A program made the translations under genes and the position numbers. A model generated the notes under the pieces. It was not told where the DNA came from and searched no databases. It saw nothing but the letters and a program-made list of their open reading frames with translations. A DNA stretch of 44,490 nucleotides from Candidatus Woesearchaeota archaeon. Its GTDB lineage: Archaea > Nanobdellota > Nanobdellia > Woesearchaeales > GW2011-AR4. Where the stretch lies: contig JACOZN010000011.1 in the NCBI GenBank assembly GCA_016181305.1, positions 1 through 44,490 of the forward strand, read 5' to 3'. This document shows, piece by piece, positions 29,239 through 37,470 of the stretch (within the stretch, counting starts at the first letter, position 1; every line of letters begins with the position of its first letter).

Positions 29239-30150
29239 ATGTTCATAATAGACAAGCAGAAAAATGAGATTTATTCGTTGCCTGCAAAGGAGATAAGCCC
29301 TGAAGCCGCTGGCTCTGCAAGCTCTGAATTGGCGCAGAAAATACTTAATCTGCTTTCAAAAGAGGCAATGTACCCGATAGACATAGCAAAGTCGTTAAAA
29401 GTTCATGAGCAGAAAGTGTACTATCACATAAGAAACCTTGAGAAGGCGGGAATAATTAAAATTGCCAAAAAAGAGACAAAGCAAGGAGCAACGGCAAACT
29501 TCTACGCTTTGGCAGAGCCTGCTTTTGTAATCAAATTCAGGAATTTTGAGACAACAAGCAAAATAGCGCAGATAAGGAACGAGTCAGAGTTTCTTGAGCC
29601 TTTTATAAAAAACGGGCAGCTTGACGCTTTGATTATCGTCGGCTCGCCGGACCCCCACGGGCAAGACAAGGCAAGGAGCAGGGACGGCTATTACGGGATG
29701 GATCTGGCTTTGTTTCTGGGAACATTCCTGAATTATGTCCCGCAGTTCAATGTAAAGCTCGATACTGAAGTAAGAGAGGACGATTTAAGCAACAATTTAA
29801 TCCTGATTGGAGGGCCTGTTGTAAACAAGGTTGTGGAAAAAGCCAATACCAAGCTTCCGATAAGGTTTGAGAACGGCAACATAAAATCAACAATCTCAAA
29901 CGAAACATATCCACAGGATGAATGCGGCTTGATTGTCAAGGCAAAAAGCCCCTTCAGCAAGGACAAGTATGTTTTGGTGGTTGCAGGCAAGAGGTTTTCA
30001 GGGACAAGGGCTGCAATTATCGCATTTCTGAAGGACTTCAAGAAAATAACAAGCGGAAACATCCACAACTCAAGCATCAAGGCAAATGTTGTCGAGGGCA
30101 TAGACTTGGATTCTGACGGGATAATTGATGATGTTGAGTTTAGGGAATGA
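29239..30150 (+). CDS. ArsR/TrmB-like HTH regulator fused to an S-layer-C-like domain
   Basis: MYPIDIAKSLKVHEQKVYYHIRNLEKAG HTH; NLILIGGPVVN and VVAGKRFSGTRAA. Confidence 0.65.
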   Translation: MFIIDKQKNEIYSLPAKEISPEAAGSASSELAQKILNLLSKEAMYPIDIAKSLKVHEQKVYYHIRNLEKAGIIKIAKKETKQGATANFYALAEPAFVIKFRNFETTSKIAQIRNESEFLEPFIKNGQLDALIIVGSPDPHGQDKARSRDGYYGMDLALFLGTFLNYVPQFNVKLDTEVREDDLSNNLILIGGPVVNKVVEKANTKLPIRFENGNIKSTISNETYPQDECGLIVKAKSPFSKDKYVLVVAGKRFSGTRAAIIAFLKDFKKITSGNIHNSSIKANVVEGIDLDSDGIIDDVEFRE

Positions 30151-30151
30151 G

Positions 30152-30715
30152 ATGTTCAAAAAAGAAATAAGAGTCATAGGGATTGACGACAGCCCTTTCA
30201 ACAAGTTCAAGGACAAGAAAGTAATGGTCGTAGGGGTTGTAATGAGAGGCGGCTCATGGGTTGACGGGATTCTCTCGACAAAAGCTGATGTTGACGGCAG
30301 CGACTCAACAAAAAAGCTAATTGCAATGATTAACAAGTGCAAGTTCAAGCCCCAGCTGCGGTGCATTTTTCTCAACGGAATTGCAGTCGGGGGCTTTAAT
30401 GTGATTGATGTTATTGAGTTAAACAAAAAAACAAAACTGCCTGTTGTTGTTGTAATAAGAAGGAATCCTGACATTCCGAAAATAAAACGGACATTGAAAA
30501 AAATCAATCAAAATAGAAAAATAAGTCTGATTGAAAAAGCCGGGAATGTGGTTAAAATTGGAAATGTTTACGCGCAATTAACCGGGATTGAATTTGAAGA
30601 TGCGGTAAAAATATTGAAAATTGCCTGCACAAGAAGCTTAGTTCCGGAGCCTTTGAGGCTGGCGCATCTGATTGCTTCAGGAATAGTGGCTGGCGAAAGC
30701 AGGGGAAGGGCTTAA
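30152..30715 (+). CDS. DUF99 family (endonuclease V-like, endonuclease dU)
   Basis: RVIGIDDSPF, GIAVGGFNVID, VPEPLRLAHLIASG. Confidence 0.88.
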   Translation: MFKKEIRVIGIDDSPFNKFKDKKVMVVGVVMRGGSWVDGILSTKADVDGSDSTKKLIAMINKCKFKPQLRCIFLNGIAVGGFNVIDVIELNKKTKLPVVVVIRRNPDIPKIKRTLKKINQNRKISLIEKAGNVVKIGNVYAQLTGIEFEDAVKILKIACTRSLVPEPLRLAHLIASGIVAGESRGRA

Positions 30716-30805
30716 AATTTTGATTGAATATTATTTTCTGAAATTTTACAAAAGTTTATAAACAAAAAAATTTCTTTGTTTTCTGTCGATAAACTAAAAA
30801 TAAAA

Positions 30806-31891
30806 ATGGAACAGCTAAAAACTCAAAAACCAATGAAAGAAAAATTTGAAAGAAGAGACTCTTCAAAGTATGCAACAGGATTTTCCGACAACCTTGAGCC
30901 ACTGGAAGCCCTGGACTTAAGCAAGGTAAAAAATTTTGACGATATGGCAAAGGCAATGTCAAAAACTTCTTTTGGCGGAAGAGAGCTGGGGCATGCAGCA
31001 GATGTGCTTTACGAGATGGCTTCTGACAAGGATTGCTTTGTTGTCGGCACTTTCTCAGGCGCAATGACTGTTGCAAAGATGGGCTTGCTGATTTGCGACA
31101 TGATTGACAGGGGAATGATTAATGCAATTGTCAGCACAGGTGCCTTGATGACCCATGGCTTTGTTGAAAGCATTGGAATGAGGCACTTCAAGCACAATCC
31201 AAAAATGGACGACATAAAATTATATGAGAAAGGATACAACCGCGTTTATGATACTCTGGAGCTTGAAAAGAATTTAGATGACACTGAGGAAATATTCACA
31301 AAAGTTCTTGACAAGATTGACAGCAGCGAGATTCTGTGCAGCCATAAGCTTACAGGCATGCTTGGAAAATTTCTGGCTGAGAATTCAGAAGGCAGGGCAA
31401 TTTTAAAATCAGCTTATCAAAAAAAAGTTCCAGTTTACATTCCGGCATTTACGGACTCTGAGCTTGGGCTTGATTTGGGCATATACTTAAAGAGGCAATC
31501 AATAAAAGGCGAAAATCCATTCCAGTTCAACCCATTCATTGACTTGGAACATTACACGGAGCAGATTAAGAATGCAAAAAAGATTGGAATATTCACGATT
31601 GGAGGCGGAGTTCCAAGGAATTGGGCGCAGCAGGTTGGCCCTTACCTTGACATTATCGACAAAAGGATTGGGCACGGAGGCGGCTTCAAAAGATTCCATT
31701 ATGCTGTAAGAGTCTGCCCTGAGCCTGTCAACTGGGGCGGTCTGTCTGGATGCACTTATTCTGAAGGAATATCATGGGGAAAGTTTGTGCCTGAGAATGA
31801 AGGCGGAAGGTTTGCAGAAGTCATTGCAGACGCAACCATTGCATGGCCGATAATTCTGAAGGCTGTGATTGAAAGGACGGAGAAAAAATAA
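30806..31891 (+). CDS. dys: Deoxyhypusine synthase
   Basis: SGAMTVA, STGA, GGGVPRN, GGLSGCTYSEGISWGK with the catalytic Lys. Start placed after the TTTATAAA box (30806 or 30833). Confidence 0.93.
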   Translation: MEQLKTQKPMKEKFERRDSSKYATGFSDNLEPLEALDLSKVKNFDDMAKAMSKTSFGGRELGHAADVLYEMASDKDCFVVGTFSGAMTVAKMGLLICDMIDRGMINAIVSTGALMTHGFVESIGMRHFKHNPKMDDIKLYEKGYNRVYDTLELEKNLDDTEEIFTKVLDKIDSSEILCSHKLTGMLGKFLAENSEGRAILKSAYQKKVPVYIPAFTDSELGLDLGIYLKRQSIKGENPFQFNPFIDLEHYTEQIKNAKKIGIFTIGGGVPRNWAQQVGPYLDIIDKRIGHGGGFKRFHYAVRVCPEPVNWGGLSGCTYSEGISWGKFVPENEGGRFAEVIADATIAWPIILKAVIERTEKK

Positions 31892-31903
31892 TTTATCAAT
31901 TTT

Positions 31904-32485
31904 CTAGGCAACATTTGAAGGCAAAAATTTGTCGGGGCTTAATACTCCGAAGTAAGCAAGAGCGCCGATTAAAACAAGTACCATCAAAATCAGCGGTATG
32001 GCAAGCGCTACAATTATTGATTTCCAGGTGCTTAGCTTGTGCACATTCTTGAGAACAACGACACTAATTACAATGCTCCATAAGCTTATCGCCCATCCTA
32101 CTAAACTACCAACATAAGTCAGTTCCACAGCAGTAACAATTGAAATCCAGTTCAGCAGGTGCGCATGAGATTGTGCCCTAAAATACCCAATTAGTGTGCT
32201 TTGCCCTCCAAAAAGCTTTGCCAAGCCATGAATTATCAAAATTGCCAATGCACTGAAAACAATAGAGTACCCAAGATTAGCCAAATAATCTAAAAAACTG
32301 AAAGGAACCTGTTTTATAGAAATAGCGAGCGAGCCGAGCAAGCCAGCCACAAATATAACCAACCAGCCATTAACTGTAGAGCCGGAGTCAGAAGCTATTT
32401 CAACAGCAGCATCGCCGTCTAATTTTATTAAACGTAATCCTCTTTTAATAGAATCAAAAAATGTCATTGATAACCCACTTTTCAA
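31904..32485 (-). CDS. Yip1-like membrane protein
   Basis: About 5 TM helices; AKLFGG...; HKLSTWKS. Confidence 0.65.
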   Translation of the reverse strand: MKSGLSMTFFDSIKRGLRLIKLDGDAAVEIASDSGSTVNGWLVIFVAGLLGSLAISIKQVPFSFLDYLANLGYSIVFSALAILIIHGLAKLFGGQSTLIGYFRAQSHAHLLNWISIVTAVELTYVGSLVGWAISLWSIVISVVVLKNVHKLSTWKSIIVALAIPLILMVLVLIGALAYFGVLSPDKFLPSNVA

Positions 32486-32508
32486 ATTAGTTTAAATACT
32501 TTTGGTTT

Positions 32509-34263
32509 TTAACCATAATAATACTTCCCTTTTTCCTTCTGCTCCCTGTCCAATCTTGAGTCCAGCTTGTTCACTCTCGGCCTGCTTGTCTCCGGATCCC
32601 TCCTCAAGGTTATTCCAAGCTCTTTCAGAAACCTGTTCATGCCCTCTTCCATTTCAAATGGCCCATTTACACTGCCTTCAATTGCAGGCTTGCCATCAAA
32701 TACAATCAGCCTGTCGCTTATGTAGTCAACAAACAGCAAGTCATGGTCCACAATCAATGCCGAAGCCCCTTTCTGCTCGATAAAATCCTTTATTATTTTT
32801 GAAAGCACAAGTCTCTGCTCGCTGTCAAGGTAAGCGCTTGGCTCGTCCAAAAGGTACAAATCAGCATCATTTTGCAGGCAATGCGCAATCGCAACCCTTT
32901 GCAGCTCGCCGCCAGAAAGCTCGCTTAATTTATTCAGCGACAATGCCTGCAAATTCAATGGGTTTATGATTTGATTTGCATATTTGTTAAAAGCATCTTT
33001 TAAGACGTCAATAACCAATGCATCAGAAGCTTCCAAATACTGCGGCTTGTAGCTTACAGTAACTTTTTTTAAGATTTCGCCTTTGTCCTGCTTAAGCGCA
33101 TTTGCAAGGATTTTTACAAAAGTCGTCTTTCCTATGCCATTCTCACCCAGGATTCCAATCATCTCATTTTTGTGGATTGAGCCGCTATGCGCTTTCAGCG
33201 AGAAATTCCCGAGCTTTTTCTCAATATCCTTCCATGATGTAATTGCCTCTTTTGCATGCCCCTTCTTCACGGGAGGCTTCTCTGCAAACTTTATTTTGGA
33301 GTCCCTGAACCTTACATTCTCTTCCTTTATGTACCCTGACAAATAAACATTTATCCCGTTTTTCACAGGCTTTACCCCGCTCACAATGCCATATGCATTC
33401 TCATTGCCATACATGAGATGCACCATTTCTGCTATATAATCAAGAATTATCAGATCATGCTCAACAACCAAGACAGAATTATTCTCATTTATCAGGGACT
33501 TTATGAACTTGCTTACATTAATCCTCTGCTTTATGTCAAGGTAGCTTGTCGGCTCGTCAAAAATGTAAAGATTTGCATCTTTAAGCACGGTTGCCGCAAT
33601 TGCAACCCTTTGCAGCTCCCCACCCGAAATCTCAGAAATGTCATTTTGAAGTATTTCATTCAATTGAAGCTCATTCGCAATTTTTTTTAATTCGCCTTTT
33701 TCATCAACCTTTTTCATCAAGTCAATTACTTTGCCCCTTGTTGTCTTCGGTATCAGGTCAACCTGCTGGGGCTTGTAGGCAACCTTTATTTCCCCGTTTT
33801 TTATCTTTTCAAAAAACCCCTGTGCTTCTGTTCCCTTGAAAAACTCAATTAACTCATCATAACCTGTTTCATGCAGTTTCCAGTCGCCGAAATTCGGCTT
33901 TAGGACAGAAGCTAAAATCTTGATTGCAGTTGATTTTCCTATGCCATTGACGCCAAGAATTCCGGTAACCTTGCCAAAGCTTGGAGTTGGCAGCGAGTAA
34001 AGCACAAACCTGTTTTCCCCATAGCGGTGAACGGGCTTTGTCTTTAATTCCTCGGGAAGGTTTATGATTTTTATAGCATTTGGAGCGGCTTTCGGGCATA
34101 TCCCGCATCCTGTGCACAAATGCTCGTCTATCGAAAGCTTTCCATCTGCCTCTATCTTGATGCACTCCTTTCCTGTCCTGTTGACAGGGCAGATGCCTTG
34201 TATGCAGAGCTTCTGCTGCATCTCCTTGAGCTTTTCGTTGTCCACAATAGCTATCCGTGTCAT
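32509..34263 (-). CDS. rli: Ribosome recycling ATPase ABCE1/Rli1 with reduced Fe-S cysteine set
   Basis: Two NBDs (GVNGIGKST, GENGIGKTT, SGGELQR x2, DEPT/PS), hinge RRDPETSRPRVNK, N-terminal CTGCGIC. Confidence 0.96.
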   Translation of the reverse strand: MTRIAIVDNEKLKEMQQKLCIQGICPVNRTGKECIKIEADGKLSIDEHLCTGCGICPKAAPNAIKIINLPEELKTKPVHRYGENRFVLYSLPTPSFGKVTGILGVNGIGKSTAIKILASVLKPNFGDWKLHETGYDELIEFFKGTEAQGFFEKIKNGEIKVAYKPQQVDLIPKTTRGKVIDLMKKVDEKGELKKIANELQLNEILQNDISEISGGELQRVAIAATVLKDANLYIFDEPTSYLDIKQRINVSKFIKSLINENNSVLVVEHDLIILDYIAEMVHLMYGNENAYGIVSGVKPVKNGINVYLSGYIKEENVRFRDSKIKFAEKPPVKKGHAKEAITSWKDIEKKLGNFSLKAHSGSIHKNEMIGILGENGIGKTTFVKILANALKQDKGEILKKVTVSYKPQYLEASDALVIDVLKDAFNKYANQIINPLNLQALSLNKLSELSGGELQRVAIAHCLQNDADLYLLDEPSAYLDSEQRLVLSKIIKDFIEQKGASALIVDHDLLFVDYISDRLIVFDGKPAIEGSVNGPFEMEEGMNRFLKELGITLRRDPETSRPRVNKLDSRLDREQKEKGKYYYG

Positions 34264-34384
34264 TGTCGGTAAAAGTAATAGAAGTTGCTAGAAAAACTGC
34301 TTTGTCTGATGTTTTGTTAAAATACAACTCATAAACCCTTAAAAATAGGCATGGTTTTTAAATATTGTGGTATTTCTCATCAAA

Positions 34385-34543
34385 ATGAAATGCTCAATCT
34401 GCGGTAAATCAATTGACACAACGTTCTTGAACAAAATCCTAGGCACTTATGTCAAGGACAGCAAAGGCAAGATTTATCCTGTATGCTTCGAGTGCCAGAA
34501 GAAGTTTACCTCAAAAGAAGAAATTTTAAAAGCAATTAAATAA
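34385..34543 (+). CDS. Small zinc-finger protein (not in ORF track)
   Basis: MKCSICGKSIDTTFLNKILGTYVKDSKGKIYPVCFECQKKFTSKEEILKAIK; TTTAAATA promoter upstream. Confidence 0.7.
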   Translation: MKCSICGKSIDTTFLNKILGTYVKDSKGKIYPVCFECQKKFTSKEEILKAIK

Positions 34544-34557
34544 AGCTGTTTCTTATT

Positions 34558-34702
34558 GCCTCTGTGGCTCAATCTGGTAGAGCGGCGCTCTCGTACAACC
34601 TTTTTGCGTTCGCAAAAAGCTTGACCAAAAATTCGTGGGTCTGTTTGCCAGCCCCACTGTTGAGAGAAGCGCAGGTTGAGGGTTCAAATCCCTTCAGAGG
34701 CT
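34558..34702 (+). tRNA. tRNA-Thr(CGT) with 71-nt intron at 37/38 (34596-34666)
   Basis: Acceptor GCCTCTG/CAGAGGC, U73; GCGCT-CT CGT A|intron|A-AGCGC; central helix CTCG/TGAG with 3-nt bulges. Confidence 0.92.
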
Positions 34703-34849
34703 TTTCAATACTTCTATAAGCCGTGTCTTTAACTCCAAATGGGCTATATCAACCGTCTCTAAATCTGCGTATGTAGGGCTTTTCTGTTTGATTTTAGCCA
34801 ATAAACTCTCTTCAGTCTTATCAATCCACAATGCTTTCCTTTTTGTCAT
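34694..34849 (-). CDS. Small regulator/RDF candidate (not in ORF track)
   Basis: MTKRKALWIDKTEESLLAKIKQKSPTYADLETVDIAHLELKTRLIEVLKSL; GAGGTG SD; the stop codon lies inside the tRNA 3' end. Confidence 0.65.
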   Translation of the reverse strand: MTKRKALWIDKTEESLLAKIKQKSPTYADLETVDIAHLELKTRLIEVLKSL

Positions 34850-34866
34850 AAAAACACCTCTTTATG

Positions 34867-34953
34867 ATATAAATTGATAGATATTTATATATTTTTTGGT
34901 TTGTAAAAAACCCGAAAAACAAACATTTAAATATAAGTTCTATCATTTGATAG
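34867..34953. promoter_or_regulatory. Divergent promoters with two operator-like palindromes
   Basis: CTATCA-TT-TGATAG (34940-34953) and an 11/14 match at 34867-34880, each between a TATA-like box and a start codon. Confidence 0.5.
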
Positions 34954-34970
34954 CAAAAAGGTGATTATCT

Positions 34971-35210
34971 GTGAATAATGATAGAATTGCAGTATGGTTT
35001 AACGAAGCCGACAAGCAACGTTATGACGCTTTAGGCATTGGCACAGAGCTAAAAGACAAAGTAAAGGCTCTTTTTTACGATTTTCTTGACAAATCCGAGC
35101 TAGACAAGCTCGAAAAAAAGAATTTCCTTTCGCATGAACAAGTAGAAAAATTAACTGATGAAATTGCTATAAGGCTCACTAAAAGAGCTAATAAATTTCC
35201 CAGTCCTTAA
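34971..35210 (+). CDS. Small RHH-like regulator
   Basis: AAGGTGAT SD, GTG start; strand RIAVWF followed by helices. Confidence 0.6.
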   Translation: MNNDRIAVWFNEADKQRYDALGIGTELKDKVKALFYDFLDKSELDKLEKKNFLSHEQVEKLTDEIAIRLTKRANKFPSP

Positions 35211-35352
35211 ACGGACACTCGACGACGCCAAAAAAACAATCAGGGCAGTTATTGCTCAATCGCTGATAACAGCGACGGCCAAACAAACTGACAGCAAGAA
35301 AACACTTGCTATAAAAAGAAAAAAGAGAGCAGAAAGAATTAAAGGTGTTTGC

Positions 35353-35420
35353 AAGTGAATAAAAACTATTCGTTTTCAGGTGATGGAAGTGAATAAAAAC
35401 TATTCGTTTTCGGGTGATGG
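35353..35420 (+). repeat. 34-bp tandem direct repeat (1 mismatch)
   Basis: AAGTGAATAAAAACTATTCGTTTTC(A/G)GGTGATGG x2. Confidence 0.9.
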
Positions 35421-36330
35421 TTTTCCAAAAATGACAAAAAAAACCATCTATAAGGGGGGTGTGTCTACCCTGACAAATTCAGAGCAAGACGTTTTAATTC
35501 TTCTTACGAATGAATTTTTGACGACTAAACAAATAGCTATACGCCGAAAATGCACAGAAAGAAGAATACAAAAAATAATTCAAAGTTTAAAAGAAAAAGG
35601 TCGCTATTCGCATACTGTTCGCAAAAACCTATCCACTTGCGAACATGCGAACATTTCGTCATCTTTCAATGGTATAAGACTGCACGGCCAAGAACTTCAC
35701 ATAAATATCCTATATAAAGACGATCGCTACAAAAAGCGTTTAGAAACCTGCAATTTGATTAATATTGACGGCAATAGCATAAGGCTGTTCAGAGATGCAA
35801 TAGAAATATATCTAGTTAAAGACTTCTATGCTGATGACGTGCAAAAGGCAACTGCGCAAAGCATGGCTTACATTCAGAGATTATTAACAATAGCCGAGAA
35901 TGACCTAAAACTTATCCTCGTAAAGCCGAGAGCAGAAAATATCAAGCTTGTAAACGCCCATTACGCAGAAATTCACAACGAAATAGCCAAAGACCTCAAT
36001 GTAAAAGCCGAAAAATTAAGGATTTATGCAAATGACGACGGCAAGTTATGGTTTTTGATTGACAATTCTTTTAATCTGCATGAAGCCGAAGCATTGCACC
36101 CGGAAACTTCAAAGCATGACATGGAAAAGGTCAAAGCGCAATTCAATGACATAAGGAATAATCCAAATTTGCCGTTAATTTCTGATGTGTATAGGCTTGT
36201 TGCAGAGCTTTCATTCCATGAAAAAGAGATAGCTGCCGGGCTTAATTCAGTTGTTACATTGCTGAAAAGCCAGCTGCCGGAAAAGCACGAGGAAATCGTC
36301 CCAAAAGAGAGGCCTGACTACTATGGATAA
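35380..36330 (+). CDS. wHTH-containing putative replication initiator
   Basis: N-terminal HTH (LTTKQIAIRRKCTERRIQKIIQSLKEKG); IRLH, HYA, WFLIDNS, HEAE motifs; largest early gene. Start ambiguous (35380, 35389 or 35431). Confidence 0.5.
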   Translation: MMEVNKNYSFSGDGFPKMTKKTIYKGGVSTLTNSEQDVLILLTNEFLTTKQIAIRRKCTERRIQKIIQSLKEKGRYSHTVRKNLSTCEHANISSSFNGIRLHGQELHINILYKDDRYKKRLETCNLINIDGNSIRLFRDAIEIYLVKDFYADDVQKATAQSMAYIQRLLTIAENDLKLILVKPRAENIKLVNAHYAEIHNEIAKDLNVKAEKLRIYANDDGKLWFLIDNSFNLHEAEALHPETSKHDMEKVKAQFNDIRNNPNLPLISDVYRLVAELSFHEKEIAAGLNSVVTLLKSQLPEKHEEIVPKERPDYYG

Positions 36331-36835
36331 AAAATTAATTTTAGACGCTTGCTGTGGTGGCAGGATGTTTTGGTTTGAAAAAAATAACCCTAACACTCTT
36401 TACATTGATATCCGCAGCTTGCCTGCAGGCACTTTAAACAGAACGCCGAAGTTTGAGATCCAGCCGGATATCATCATGGACTTCAGGAAATTAAACTTCC
36501 CTGACAAATCCTTTAAATTGGTAGTATTTGACCCGCCACATTTGAAATCATTGGATCTTAACAGCTGGATTGCTGCAAAATACGGCACTCTAAATCCGAA
36601 AACATGGCGTGATGATATCCGACAGGGTTTTAATGAATGTTGGCGCGTGCTTGAAGATTATGGAATTTTAATTTTCAAATGGAGCAAGTCGCACGATAAC
36701 AGGCCCAAAAGGGACATTTCGCTGCAGGAAATTCTAAAAATTCTGCCTGCAAAGCCTCTTTTCGGCCACAGCTCCGGCAACAAGCTAAACACTATTTGGA
36801 TGGCATTTATGAAAATTCCCGGTGGGCCACAATGA
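36323..36835 (+). CDS. Phage-type amino (N6A/N4C) DNA methyltransferase
   Basis: ILDACCGGRMFW motif I, VVFDPPH, WRVL...GILIFKW. Confidence 0.8.
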   Translation: MDKKLILDACCGGRMFWFEKNNPNTLYIDIRSLPAGTLNRTPKFEIQPDIIMDFRKLNFPDKSFKLVVFDPPHLKSLDLNSWIAAKYGTLNPKTWRDDIRQGFNECWRVLEDYGILIFKWSKSHDNRPKRDISLQEILKILPAKPLFGHSSGNKLNTIWMAFMKIPGGPQ

Positions 36836-37470
36836 ACATTTTAGAATTATTCAGCGGAAGCGGAACAATCAGCAGGGAATTTGAAAGAGCTGGACATAAA
36901 GTATTCTCAATAGATATAAGAAAGCGTGCCAATGTTTGCGTGCCGTCATTAAAAAAAGACATCATGCAGTTAAGCCTGGATGATTTGCCTTTTTGGGATA
37001 TTGATGTTTTATGGGCTTCCCCACCATGCGAAATTTGGAGTTATGCAGCAGGCTCATTCCATTGGAACGGCAACATTCCGCAGACAGAAAAGGCGCAAAA
37101 ACATATCCAGGTAATTAAAAAAACTCTGGCCCTTATTGAGAAATTGCAGCCGAAGCTTTGGTTTATAGAAAATCCCAGGGGTAAGCTGCGCTATTTTATT
37201 CCAATGACGGATTTTTTAATGCGCAATGCCGGGATTATCAAACTCATAACCTACTCCTCTTATGGCTTTCCGACTGTAAAGCCAACAACGATATTTACAA
37301 ATGCGTATGACTGGCAGCCTAAACGGCCAGATGGTTATGGACGTGGCGCAAAAGTGCAACATAGATTAGATTTTATCACAAAATCCAAGAAGCAGAAAGT
37401 GCCAGGCGCTTTAGCCCAAGAGATAAGGGAGTACTGCGAAAAGAAGCTCGAGGTTGTTTTATGCCACTAA
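36832..37470 (+). CDS. Short C5-cytosine DNA methyltransferase
   Basis: LELFSGSG, ASPPC, IENPRG, YG...KPT; ATGA-coupled to the previous gene. Confidence 0.85.
   Translation: MNILELFSGSGTISREFERAGHKVFSIDIRKRANVCVPSLKKDIMQLSLDDLPFWDIDVLWASPPCEIWSYAAGSFHWNGNIPQTEKAQKHIQVIKKTLALIEKLQPKLWFIENPRGKLRYFIPMTDFLMRNAGIIKLITYSSYGFPTVKPTTIFTNAYDWQPKRPDGYGRGAKVQHRLDFITKSKKQKVPGALAQEIREYCEKKLEVVLCH

Noticed and set aside
35353-35420. CRISPR array
   Set aside because: Only two abutting copies, with no spacer and no cas genes.
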